Shown here piece after piece: positions 14,491 through 25,267 of a DNA stretch of 64,000 nt. This stretch comes from Mayamaea pseudoterrestris (Eukaryota). Position numbers and translations under genes: made by a program. Every line of letters starts with the position of its first letter. Position 1 is the first letter of the stretch. The DNA lies in NCBI GenBank assembly GCA_027923505.1, contig BROI01000003.1, forward strand, positions 62,001 through 126,000. The letters run 5' to 3'. Under the pieces are notes generated by a model that was not told the origin of the DNA, searched no databases, and saw only the letters and a program-made list of their open reading frames with translations.

Positions 14491-15636
14491 ATGAAACATA
14501 CTGCAGGTAGTTTCTTACTGTATCTTCTTTCGTGCACATCCATGACAAGCGCCTTGGTCGCAACGTCAGCCTCCATGAGCACTCCAGCAGCACCACCATC
14601 TAGTCGGCATCAGCTCTACGACATGCCAGTCAGTAACAATGGTGCCAGATGTCGAATCATTATCTACAAGAAGAATCTACCCGTCGACATAATTCCTCCG
14701 TCGCAACTTGGAGGATTAAAGTCGGAGGAATACTTACAGACTCATCCGCAAGGAAAAATGCCTGCATTATCGGGTCCCGACGGTATCAAGCTTGGCGAAT
14801 CCGACACGATTGCAAGATATTTGCTGGCATCCTTTGCCGATCAAGGGCCTTCCTTTCAACCAGACAATCCGCAGTCCAACATGCTGGCTCGCATCCATGA
14901 CGTTTACATGGCGCCGATACAATCCTGCATGTATCGACTACCACCGCCGTTTGGATTGTATGGGACGCGATCCGATGCGCTCGACGAGTATGTCCATCAG
15001 TGCCACATATTAGAATCGCTCATGTCTTCGGACGGCTTGTATCTGTGCGGCGACCAAGTGTCGCTGGCGGACGCGACCATTTTTCCGTCGTGCGTCTTTG
15101 CGCATCACATGCTTCCAAAGTTTGATCGAAGGCTGCCGCCCAAGTTGCAAGCGTGGTTTGATGCGATTCGAGAACAAGATGACGTCTTTGCCAAGGTGTA
15201 CGAGGAAATGAACAATGCATTGCAAACGTGGGAAGCCAACGATCGCTGGGCGCCGCTGCTGGGAGCTGGGTGGCGCGACAATGAGCCCACCACGCTCTTT
15301 GACAAGATTCTCAGTGGGGACATCTCCGCCGAAGTTGTTCACGAGGACGACAAGGTGCTTGCATTCAATGATATTAATCCAGCGGGACCGGCTCATGTTT
15401 TGGTGATTCCCAAGGTACGAGCTGGCTTGACGCGACTGTCCAAGGCGACTGCCGAGCATGTTGAAATCCTCGGTCGATTGCTCGTGGCTGCATCCGACAT
15501 TGTCAAGAAAAAGGAACTGGGATTTGGAGACGGAGCGCGGATTGTGATCAACGATGGACCTGATGGTGGACAGGAAATCAATCATTTGCATGTGCACGTG
15601 ATTGGCGGACGGAAAATGTCGTGGCCGCCGGGTTGA
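14491..15636 (+). CDS. Glutathione S-transferase domain fused to a HIT/HINT nucleotide hydrolase domain; N-terminal signal peptide
   Basis: GST N-domain (HPQGKMPAL, LGESDTIARYL), GST C-domain (YLCGDQVSLADATIF), then HINT domain (TLFDKILSGDI, AFNDINPAGPAHVLVIPK, GQEINHLHVHVIGGRKMSWPPG). Hydrophobic N-terminus; single uninterrupted ORF. Confidence 0.9.
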   Translation: MKHTAGSFLLYLLSCTSMTSALVATSASMSTPAAPPSSRHQLYDMPVSNNGARCRIIIYKKNLPVDIIPPSQLGGLKSEEYLQTHPQGKMPALSGPDGIKLGESDTIARYLLASFADQGPSFQPDNPQSNMLARIHDVYMAPIQSCMYRLPPPFGLYGTRSDALDEYVHQCHILESLMSSDGLYLCGDQVSLADATIFPSCVFAHHMLPKFDRRLPPKLQAWFDAIREQDDVFAKVYEEMNNALQTWEANDRWAPLLGAGWRDNEPTTLFDKILSGDISAEVVHEDDKVLAFNDINPAGPAHVLVIPKVRAGLTRLSKATAEHVEILGRLLVAASDIVKKKELGFGDGARIVINDGPDGGQEINHLHVHVIGGRKMSWPPG

Positions 15637-15905
15637 GGAGTAAACATGTTTGTTGTCCCGTCGCAGCTAGTGTTTACAATGGTAAGCGATACAACCATAG
15701 ACAAATCGAGTAGGCAATCATAACGAGATTCTTTATATACAATTAATAACCGTCGTATACAAAGCAACTCGCCAGGACAAGACCATCAAAAAGGGACAGG
15801 AGAGTTCTTGTGTTGACGTGGACCGAAATCCACTCCCACCACAAACTATTCTCTCCACCCAACATTCTTATATTCATTACAATTTCGTCGAGTCTCATAC
15901 GCTGG

Positions 15906-17471
15906 CTAACCAACATAGAGACTGCGATCAATGAGCGGCGGAATGGAGCGAATATCCGTGCCCAGTTCCTTTTCAACCTTGCGCAAATTGTCCTTGTCGT
16001 CGAGCGTAATCAAATTTACCGCCAAGCCCAAATGGCCAAAACGTCCCGACCGACCAATGCGATGAAGATAGGTTTCCGCATTCTTGGGAAAGTCGAAGTT
16101 AATGACGACGTTGACCGATTGAATCTAACAAAAGAGAGTAGAGAAGGAGGAATGGTGAGTATGTGGTTGTACGAAAGGACAAGCTCCGTCGAAAAGAACG
16201 ACCACTCACGTCAATGCCTCTCGTAAAGAGGTCACTCGTCACCAAGTGACGCGTCGCTCCGTTGCGAAACTCGTGAAACACGCGGTTGCGATTCGCCTGC
16301 TGCATCTTGGCGTGGATATAGTAACAAGAATATCCAAGCTCGGTAATCTTTTTGGCCAAGAGCTCGACTCGATTAACAGAGTTGCAAAAGATAATGCTCT
16401 GGTTGATTTCAAGCTTTGTAAAGAGCGTATTGAGGCAGTGAACCTTCTGGCGCTCCTCGACGTACGCATAAAATTGAGTAATACCTCGGAGCGTTAGTTC
16501 GTCCATGAGGTTAATGCTGTACGAGTTGGGAACAAACTCTTTGCAAAATGCCTTGACAGTGACTGGAAACGTGGCGCTAAAAAGGCAAATCTGGTGTTCC
16601 TTGTGGCAGCAGGCAATAATCTGCTCCAAGACGGGCTGAAACTCTGGTGACAAGAGCTTGTCCGCCTCGTCCATGATAATGGTCTTGACCTTTGACAAAT
16701 CAGCCACCTTTTTGGAGGCCAAGTCAAGAATGCGTCCCTGGTAAATGAGAAATTGACACGAGAGTGAGCGATCCGTACTCTTATTATGTCACAATCCTCA
16801 ACTCCAAGCACCACAACGATAACATACCGGAGTCGCAACAATGCAGTGAACGGGATTGTAAAGGCGCATGATATCGTCCTTGAGCGATGTTCCTCCAGTC
16901 GTGACCATGCACTGGATTCCCATGTGCTTGCCAAGCTCCTTGACAATAGCAGACGTTTGCAAAGCAAGTTCGCGGGTTGGGATCAAAATGACGACTGCGC
17001 AAAATTATCCAATAGAATGAGTGAGACACTAGTCTAGTCTGGCAAATTGCTCATCCATTCATGCAAACTACTAGCAGTGGTGTTCTCAGTGTTCTCACCT
17101 TGAATATAATCCTTCGTTGTATCAGTCTTTTCCAAACAAGGAATAATATAAGCTGCAGTCTTGCCCGTCCCATTCTTGGCTCTCGCAAGTACATTGCGGT
17201 TCTGCAGTATGACAGGAATGGCCTCCTCCTGAATGGGACTTGGCTTCTCAAAGCCCTTTTCGAAAATGCCCATGAGCAGCTCGCGCTTGAGAAAAAAGTC
17301 TTCAAAGTCGCGGCCCTTCGTGTCAGTGACATCCTCCGTCTTGTAGCGGTCGTCCTTCTTGGGAGCAGTCAGGCCGTCGCGAAAAGTATTCGTGTTTTGA
17401 ATAATGGTGGACGAGCCGTTCGTTTTGGTGGCGGCGGCGGCTGCTGGAGTTGTAGTTTTTGTGGATGCCAT
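15906..17471 (-). CDS. DHH1: DEAD-box RNA helicase DDX6/Dhh1 (4 exons: 17471-17099, 16994-16828, 16737-16210, 16124-15906)
   Basis: [82 protein letters not shown]; three GT-AG introns preserve the frame. Confidence 0.97.
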
Positions 17472-17989
17472 GGTTGAAAGGGTTTTTGGCTTTTTTATTT
17501 TGAATGGCTCGCTCGCTGATGGAGAATTACTTGCTATTTTTGCTTGCTTAACTTTCCCTTACAGTAACAGAGATCTGTCGAACGTGGTAGCAGTCTTTAG
17601 TCCAATGGATCTCCGCGTTCAGCCACTCGATCTTTTCGAGGTGACGCGTGTCGGCTTCTCGTTCGCTTCTTTCTCTAGCAAGCCTTTCGTCGCTCTACTC
17701 TCCAATCAACTCTGTTCCTTCCTCTCTGCTACTACCAAGTCTCCTACGTTGGCACGACGCAACTACTAGCCTTTAAATCCCGCTGCTGCTGCAACCCTTC
17801 GCTCGCTCTTGCACTTTTTTGGCAGCGCGGAGGATCTCTCGTGAGCGTGTCCGAAGGTCGGCTGTGACGTGGCAAGACGTCATCCTTAGCGGCCAGGAAG
17901 GAGTGGACGGACGAGCAGACGCTTGATCGCGAAAGCCAACCGTCCGTCACATTCTTTGCAACTGTTCCTTGGCAATAATTAAATCTACC

Positions 17990-19621
17990 ATGGCGGCAGC
18001 AACCAAGCAAGCCGCTAAAGCGCCCATTGCAGCAGGCAAGACGCAAGCCAAAGCAGTAAAGAAGGAAAAGTCTAGCAAGAATAAAGCTGACAAAACAACA
18101 TCAATATCAGATTCCGTCGTCAAGCAAAGCATTCAAACGTCTAAAACAAAAATCGACTCGGCGCAACTCAAGCGAGCACTGGATGCGTTGCTGCAGCACG
18201 AGACGAAAAAGCAGGAGGAAACGTCAGGCAAGCAACTTATAGAATCAGATGTTCCAGTGCAAATTCAAATTGGCCTCTTAAAGGCACCTGGCTACGCTAG
18301 TCCAAAGCCTCATCGCATTCTACTACCACATTCGATTCGAACCAGCAACGATGACCTTCCGGAAGTATGTCTCATTGTCAAGGATGCAAGTAAAGAGTGG
18401 CTGCAGGAGTTGCTTCCGCATTTTCCGGAACATTTGGGATGCATCACGAAAATATTGACGCTAACGTCATTGCGCACCAAGCATCAAACCTTTGCGCAAA
18501 AGCGAGCGCTCGCGTCCAAATACTCTCACTTTTTGGCCGACGATCGCATATTGCCAATGCTTCCATCCACTCTCGGCAAGGAGTTTTACCGACAACACAA
18601 GATTGTTCCCGTCAGCTTGACTCGCAAGGAGGCTTTGCCGTTCACCATTCAACGTGCCATGTCATCGACGCACTTGAAAATGGCCAAGGGCACGTGTTTG
18701 ACCGTGGCGGTTGGCACCATCAAACATTCTTCCGACGAGTTGCTGGACAATTGTTTGGCAGCCGTTGCGCAGTGCGTCGAGCATGTGCCACGGCAGTGGA
18801 AGAATGTGCTTTCACTTTGTTTGAAAACGCCGCGCAGCATGGCGCTGCCCTTTTACAACCAATTGCCCGAGCAGCTACTGGATGTTTCCACTTTGCGGAG
18901 TCAAGCGGAAATTGATGAGGAAATGAAATTGAAAAAGGCCGAGGAAGCCAAGCTTAAAAAGGAACAAGCTGTTGTCAAGAAGGAGAAGCGAGCCTTGTCG
19001 GACGAAAAGAGTCCATTGCTGCGAGCGCTGAAGAAGCAAAAGGCGGCCGAGGAAGAGTTGAAAGCTAAAACATTGAGCAAATCAGAAGAAAAGGCACAAA
19101 AGGATGATGCCAAAAATTCTGCAGGCAAGGAGAAGGCGCCAAAGGATGAGGAGAAGGCGCCAAAGGACGAGAAGAAAGCAGTCGTGCCACCTGCCGGCGA
19201 AAAGGAAAAGACTACGAGCAAGAAGGAATCTGCCGCAAAGAGCGAAACGCCGTCCACCAAGAAGCGAGACGAACCCGATCAAGCGGACAAGTCGAGCGCC
19301 AAGAGGGCAAAAAAGACACCGGAAAAAGCTGTAACCACGGTTGAGAAAAAGACGAAGGATGCACCAGCCGCGCCTGCTGCTATGAACGACAAGTACATTG
19401 CGAGCAAGTCTTTCACCGGCAGCAAAAAGGGCTACGTGTTTAAAAAGGGACCCCAGGGACTTGGTTACTACAAGGATCAGCCTCCGGTCGTTGATACCCT
19501 GGCGATGGAAGCCTTGCTCCGCATGGCCAAGGAGAAGGGTCGCGCTGGCGCCGGCAAGAAGAAGCATTCTGGTGGTGGTGGCGGTTTCAAGGGAAAGAAG
19601 AGCTCCCGTGGAAGGAGATGA
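17990..19621 (+). CDS. RSL1D1: Ribosomal protein L1 domain-containing nucleolar protein (RSL1D1/Cic1/Utp30-like) with Lys/Glu-rich tail
   Basis: PHRILLPH, VCLIVKD, FLADDRILPMLPSTLGKEFY, VPRQWKNVLSLCLKTPRSMALPFY; long basic C-terminus. Confidence 0.85.
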   Translation: MAAATKQAAKAPIAAGKTQAKAVKKEKSSKNKADKTTSISDSVVKQSIQTSKTKIDSAQLKRALDALLQHETKKQEETSGKQLIESDVPVQIQIGLLKAPGYASPKPHRILLPHSIRTSNDDLPEVCLIVKDASKEWLQELLPHFPEHLGCITKILTLTSLRTKHQTFAQKRALASKYSHFLADDRILPMLPSTLGKEFYRQHKIVPVSLTRKEALPFTIQRAMSSTHLKMAKGTCLTVAVGTIKHSSDELLDNCLAAVAQCVEHVPRQWKNVLSLCLKTPRSMALPFYNQLPEQLLDVSTLRSQAEIDEEMKLKKAEEAKLKKEQAVVKKEKRALSDEKSPLLRALKKQKAAEEELKAKTLSKSEEKAQKDDAKNSAGKEKAPKDEEKAPKDEKKAVVPPAGEKEKTTSKKESAAKSETPSTKKRDEPDQADKSSAKRAKKTPEKAVTTVEKKTKDAPAAPAAMNDKYIASKSFTGSKKGYVFKKGPQGLGYYKDQPPVVDTLAMEALLRMAKEKGRAGAGKKKHSGGGGGFKGKKSSRGRR

Positions 19622-19881
19622 ATACTAAAATGAGTTCAACTAATAACCTCTTTTATGTACATTCGATTAAAGTCAATATACGTTTATTTGAATGTCATCC
19701 GTGTCTTTCGTAAAGTATAACGCAAGCAGGATGCCAAGCACTCATCGAACACCAGGGCTCGGCAGCACTGCTATGCTAAAAATGATAGAGAGACCACACA
19801 GTACTTGCCGCTATTTACACTGTATGAATGGCTGTTTGAGTCAGTCACAGATGAGTGAGATTATAAACACTACTATTAAAT

Positions 19882-21579
19882 TTAAACGCCGCTTCCCGTG
19901 TCATTGCTCTTGAATTCAACATTACCCTTGCGCTTGCGGCACATGAAGAAGTAAATGAGCGCAAAAAGAGCTAGCAAACCAATCGGCAAACCGACAGCCA
20001 GTCCCATGTTGACGTCAGAGTTGCTGCTGCTGCCCTTGCGTCCGCTTCCACATGGACCGGCACCAGCCTCATACTCGCCCGTTGCCTCATTGTAGAGACC
20101 ACCGACATCGGCGCACGTAACACCAAGGCATCCGTAATTGCGCTCCATGGCTCCCTTGTAAACACCATAGTCAGTTGTGCCTCCCTTTCCAAGCCACATT
20201 TGGTCTTTAAGAGTCGCAGCATCTTCGGCATTGCAGGCATTGATCATGGGGAGGACACCAGCGAGAAAGACAGCACCTTCAGCCTCGGCTTCAACGTCGA
20301 ACGGCTCGTTTTCAAGCTTCCAAGCGTAACGGAGCGATCCTTGAATGTAAGGGACCCACATCTTCTTGACAATCTTTTCCTTGATTGTTCTTCCCGCAGC
20401 GCAATCCTTTTGCGCCAGGACTCTCTTTCCCTCGTCGAAAAGCTTGAAGACCTCAATGTTGATCTTCGATGTGCCAGTTAGCTCATTGCCATTGGATCCG
20501 CACGTCTTGAAGTTGGCGCATCGCTTTTCCGCAAGAGAGTAGAAAAAGAGACCATCTCCGCTTCCGTCCGTTTCCTCCAACGATCCTGTGTAAAATGCGA
20601 CTGCCTCGTCCCACGCATGAACGGCATCCAAATTGCACTCGGTCGTGTCGCAGCCGCGCTCGCAGTCGTCAATGGCGTCCTCCATTTCGCGAATGGCGTA
20701 CATGGCAACGTTCATGTAGGAGGTTCCCTTTTTTGCCGCCTCGACGCGGGCGGCGGGGTCAATGCTGGCAAAGTCAACGTTGCCATTCTTGAGTCCAGCG
20801 TCTTCACCAAGCAATGCGCCCGAGATCCACTTGTCGGCATAGTCGTAGGTTCCGTAATAGTCGACAAACTTTTGAAAGTCGGGAAAGAATGGATTGGATG
20901 TATCTTCGGCGGGGCGGTATCGTTCATTGGCGTTGATGCTAAAGCCTCGAATGGTGCGCGCGTTGGTGTTGACCACACTGGTGTATGGTACCGTCTTGCC
21001 GTTGGCGGTAAGGTCTCCACCAGCGTCGCTGAAGCAGCCCTCCGTCATTGGCTGTGAGCTTCCTCCCACCATGCAGCGAACGTGATTGTCTTGGTCCTCC
21101 GAGACTTCGTACTCAACTTCAATGGAGGTGGCTCCCGCCCGGGCGGCAGTGGTTGTCACTCCACTCGTGTTGGAACCATCGTTGGCCTTTCCCGTGACGC
21201 GGGTTCCCGCCGGAATGACAGATTCCAAGGCGGTGACGGTAATGGTGGCGGTTGACTTTGACGCAAATCCCTCCGAGTAAACAGAGTAGGCCGCAGTGAA
21301 GTCGGGGGTTTCGAGGCCAAGGTGCGTCTCGATCTCTTGCTGATCCAGATCAAGCGCGTTCTAAAGGGGAATGCAAAGAAAAAAATGATGGGTGAGTTGA
21401 ATGCCTTCCACAGAAAGATTTCAATCGATAAGAGTTTCACTTACATGATCCGTCACAACCGTCTCTGGCTCGTATCCAGCAATCTTGGCGTAGCTGAGCT
21501 GCCGCGAGGTGCGAAGGGATGCGACTGGCATGGTGGAGACGCCAAGCACCAGGAATAAAGGAACAGAGAATCGCAACAT
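19882..21579 (-). CDS. FEA1-like (low-iron-inducible periplasmic protein family) secreted, membrane-anchored protein (exons 21579-21445, 21360-19882)
   Basis: Signal peptide MLRFSVPLFLVLGVS. The intron joins VVTDH|NALDLDQ in frame. Motifs YAIREMEDAIDDC, HAWDEAVAFYTGSLE and LAEKRC resemble the FEA1 family. C-terminal TM (LAVGLPIGLLALFALIYFFM) followed by RKRK. Confidence 0.75.
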
Positions 21580-21981
21580 GTTCAACAACAGCAACAATGT
21601 TGATTTTCGATTTGGTTTTATGCATGGCCAGCGGTCAAGGTGCACCAAGGTCGCGTGTCTTTGCGTGCGCAACACGCATTGTTCCTTCCAATGACATGCC
21701 TGCAATTAACGCGGAATGCAATCGTTCATGTCACACTTGCGACAAAAATCGATTCGTTATGATGGCGCCTGCGCAACTATGGATCTTTGCGTCCTTCACG
21801 CGGTGCCGCTGCGGCACGTTTAACGTGTCGCGCTACGACATGAAGCAAAAAGTTCGTCCGATGCACCATGGCTTGCTCCATGATTAAAAAACCTTCAAAG
21901 AAAGTTCAAACGCATGTCTAACAAACAACATCGATTTCAATTGGACTTCACACTTTGTACAAACCATCTTTAAATACGCAA

Positions 21982-23330
21982 ATGGCCATCATATCTGATG
22001 AGGCTACAATCGGACATCAGCAGCAGCGATCGACGGTGCAACAGCAACAACGACAACGTCGTTCACTATTTCTCCGTCAGAAACCGTTCAAAGTCTGCAT
22101 AATATTGACTCTTTCTATAGCTACCATTGTGACAATGCTGCAATCCATGGGTCAATTGAACGGGAACTACAGTTTGCTGCTGACTTCCACGGCGGAGCAA
22201 CGAATGACACTGACAGACCGTGCCTGGGAGCGAGAAAAGACGAGGAGAAGAATCATTCACGACAGACTGCAGCAACGACAAGTCATTGAAAGTATGACTA
22301 ATGCAACTGATGCAGCACAACATCCATTGGCTCCAGCTGGAACCTTGCCAAAGATTCCCAGCTCGGGCAAGTTTGATTGGCATTTACCTCCAGTTCGCAG
22401 CGAGTATACCCTTTCCGAACCTCAATTGTTTGCGAACGACACCATGATTGTCATTGTCTTGTCAGCGCGAGGCAACTTTGAGCGGCGCGCCGTGGTGCGC
22501 GAAACGTGGGCGCGTCGTCACGCCGTCTACTTTGTCGTTGGAGCGCCAGTGTTGCCGGAAGATGTTCACATACAAAAGCAACTACGCAAGGAGCAAGAGC
22601 AATATAATGACATTATTGACTCACTACATCCAGACATGTATTCCAGTCTACCGTACAAGTTGCGATTTGCATACCAATGGGTCATTACTCGCTTGCCTCG
22701 AGCAGAGTGGATTGTCAAGGTGGATGACGATACGGTGGTACGAGTCGACACGTTGCAGAATGCCTTTTTGCGCAGCTTCAATCCGCATATTCCAGTGGTG
22801 GTTGGACGCATCATTGAGAGATCGCCCGTGGCGCGGACGGGAAAGTGGCGTGAATTAAACTATCCTGAAACGCACTATCCATTTTGGCCGCAAGGTTCTT
22901 GTGTAAGTCAAGTGACTGCTGCAACGATGACTTTTGTAGATGCCACAAATCTCATTTGCTCATTGCCAACTACGCGTTACTATTACAGGGCCACGTTGTA
23001 TCGCGAGTCGTCGCTGCGTACATTGCCAGCATGACACCAAAATCATTCACCTACTATCAAGGCGAAGACGTTTCACTTGGCATTTGGCTCGACCAGGCAC
23101 CACCCGACAAGTTAGAGCCAGTATCATGGATTCACTCCAGATACTTTTCCAATGATGGCGCATGTTTCAAGCATGCGTGGCTCATCATGGGGCATGGAAT
23201 ATCGGCCGAGCAAATGCGAGCCTGTTACTCCGCCAAGGATGAATGGCCCGTGGAAGAAGTGACGAACAAGCTTTGGAATTATTGGACAGTGGACACGTTA
23301 AAGTGGAAAAAGGAGCAGCAGACTTGGTAG
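21982..23330 (+). CDS. GT31 beta-1,3-galactosyltransferase-like type II membrane protein (exons 21982-22902, 22989-23330)
   Basis: N-terminal TM, VLSARGNFERRAVVRETW, WIVKVDDD (DxD), GSC|GHVVS across the intron, GEDVSLGIWL. Confidence 0.88.
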
Positions 23331-23533
23331 CTTTACGTTAAGAGTTAAGACGTGCCTGCCTATCATGAATCTGAAATGGCGTTCGCACCGGTAGTCAAAT
23401 CTACATCTTAGCGGCACTCAATTTTTGGGAGTCTTGCAAAAGCGCACCTCGTCATTCGTTCGCCGAAGCGTGACAAAGGAGGACACGACAACATGGACCG
23501 CTCCCATCGACTACACACGTCGACTCCACCACC

Positions 23534-25162
23534 ATGATGAACGCGTCTTCTCCAGTTGCCATGCGGATACGGACTCCCTTGTCGTCTCCGCAGTCCAAGC
23601 ACCGCCATGATTCAACGTCGCCGCCGCGATATTCACCGTCACGCTTCGCGAAATCCCGCTTCACCATTGGCCCGTCACTCATGGTGCGCCTTTTACTTCC
23701 GTGCACGCTGCCGCTCCTGCTGATCACGCAGTGGGTGCTGCAAACCAAACACATGCAGCAGCCATATGACTTGATATTAGGATCGTCGTCGTCCGAGGAT
23801 GCTGCGGATGGGAGCTTGGATTCGTCCGATTCGGAATTGATCATGGTACGCGCCAACACCTCAACGTTGCAACTAACGAGTCTAGTTGAATCTTCGAGAC
23901 GAGCGGAACCAAATGAAGCAGAGTTACTGCAGCAGGAGCAACAAGATCGACTATATTCTGCGCAACAGCAAGACGCTTTGCCATCATTATCGTTTCCGTT
24001 CGTTCGCGATTCGAAACGTCCACTATCCGTGGCATGGGTGGCTGGCCGCAGCAACCAGACGGATCCAGTTGTAAGCTATTTGGACGATGCATTGGACCGG
24101 TCCAAATACATGCAGCTGGTGCAACGAGTGGACTATACAGTCGATGCGCGAATTCGGAAGGTTGACAAGCTGGAGGCATGGACACCAATGGTCTACGTGA
24201 TTGACTGGGCGAGTCTAGAGCGAGACTGTCACGTGTTGGAACGCCTCTTTCTGCAACAAAATAGTGGAGCAACGTTAGAAGATAATGCGTTTCTATTCTA
24301 TCATGACACGACGAACAGTGCCCGCGTCGTTCAGTGTCGTAATGTCGATGAACAATTCTCTGGACAACGAGTGTTTTACGCCAAGCAAAGCATTGTGCAA
24401 GATCGCTACTGGAACGCGACGCTGCAATGGATTGAACCAGGAAGTCTGCTTGATGGGCTGGTGAGTGAAACGACACATCAAGCGACCATATTGTACGCGC
24501 CACAAACCTTGTCGGAAGTCTTTGTGCATCGCATTGACACTGCGCTAGCCAGACGCAAGCGCCAAAAGGTGCTGGACACGCTTCCATCGCGCCACCGTCC
24601 CATTGACGTTGTTGTCATGTCTGGCAACGCGAGTTGCTCCCACTATGGCTCGCTTCGTGAACACGTGACGAAGCAAGTGTTGCAGCATGCTATGAAACAA
24701 AACTATACGGTCAAGTTGATTGGCGAGCCCAATGAAGTCATTGTGAACGATACGTTAATTGACGACCTGATGACTGCCAAGATTGCAGTGTTTGCGCAGC
24801 CCGATGAATGGCAAGAAACGACTGGAATGCTGGAAGCCATGGCGAGCGGAGCGCTCGTTGTGAGTGACAGAGTCTTGCAACCCACATATTCAGCTAGTTT
24901 AAATCATAGCGGCTTGGTGGACGAACAGAATGTGTTATTTTACAACGATATTAGTTCACTCTTGCAGATACTGGATGACTACTTGGAGAATGGAGACAGA
25001 CGCAAAACTGTTGTCAAAGCCGGATGGGAGTACAGCATGGGAACGCGGAGATCATGGCAGGGAATGGAAACGCTTCTGTTTGGATCACCGGGAACACATG
25101 CCGGACAGCCTTTTGAAAAGGCACCGTCTCGAAGACATGCAACTTTTAATCATGGCGAGTGA
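23534..25162 (+). CDS. Putative GT-B glycosyltransferase (group 1-like), type II membrane protein
   Basis: TM near the N-terminus; C-terminal MLEAMASGALVVSD motif followed by VLFYNDISSL...RRKTVVKAGWE, typical of Glyco_trans_1-like domains. Confidence 0.65.
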   Translation: MMNASSPVAMRIRTPLSSPQSKHRHDSTSPPRYSPSRFAKSRFTIGPSLMVRLLLPCTLPLLLITQWVLQTKHMQQPYDLILGSSSSEDAADGSLDSSDSELIMVRANTSTLQLTSLVESSRRAEPNEAELLQQEQQDRLYSAQQQDALPSLSFPFVRDSKRPLSVAWVAGRSNQTDPVVSYLDDALDRSKYMQLVQRVDYTVDARIRKVDKLEAWTPMVYVIDWASLERDCHVLERLFLQQNSGATLEDNAFLFYHDTTNSARVVQCRNVDEQFSGQRVFYAKQSIVQDRYWNATLQWIEPGSLLDGLVSETTHQATILYAPQTLSEVFVHRIDTALARRKRQKVLDTLPSRHRPIDVVVMSGNASCSHYGSLREHVTKQVLQHAMKQNYTVKLIGEPNEVIVNDTLIDDLMTAKIAVFAQPDEWQETTGMLEAMASGALVVSDRVLQPTYSASLNHSGLVDEQNVLFYNDISSLLQILDDYLENGDRRKTVVKAGWEYSMGTRRSWQGMETLLFGSPGTHAGQPFEKAPSRRHATFNHGE

Positions 25163-25267
25163 GTATTATGCTTCTCTTGATTCATGCGCGTGCCATATCT
25201 CGTGCACCCGCGCCGACACCACTTTTGTACTGTACAAATATAATAGAGTTAAATTTATTGGCAGTGG

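Noticed and set aside
15010..15597. 195-aa antisense ORF over the GST-HINT gene, and similar antisense ORFs over other genes
   Set aside because: No recognisable motifs; long antisense frames are expected opposite coding sequence at this GC content.
19130..19175. 21-bp tandem duplication (EKAPKDE) in the RSL1D1 tail
   Set aside because: Ordinary slippage in a low-complexity coding region.
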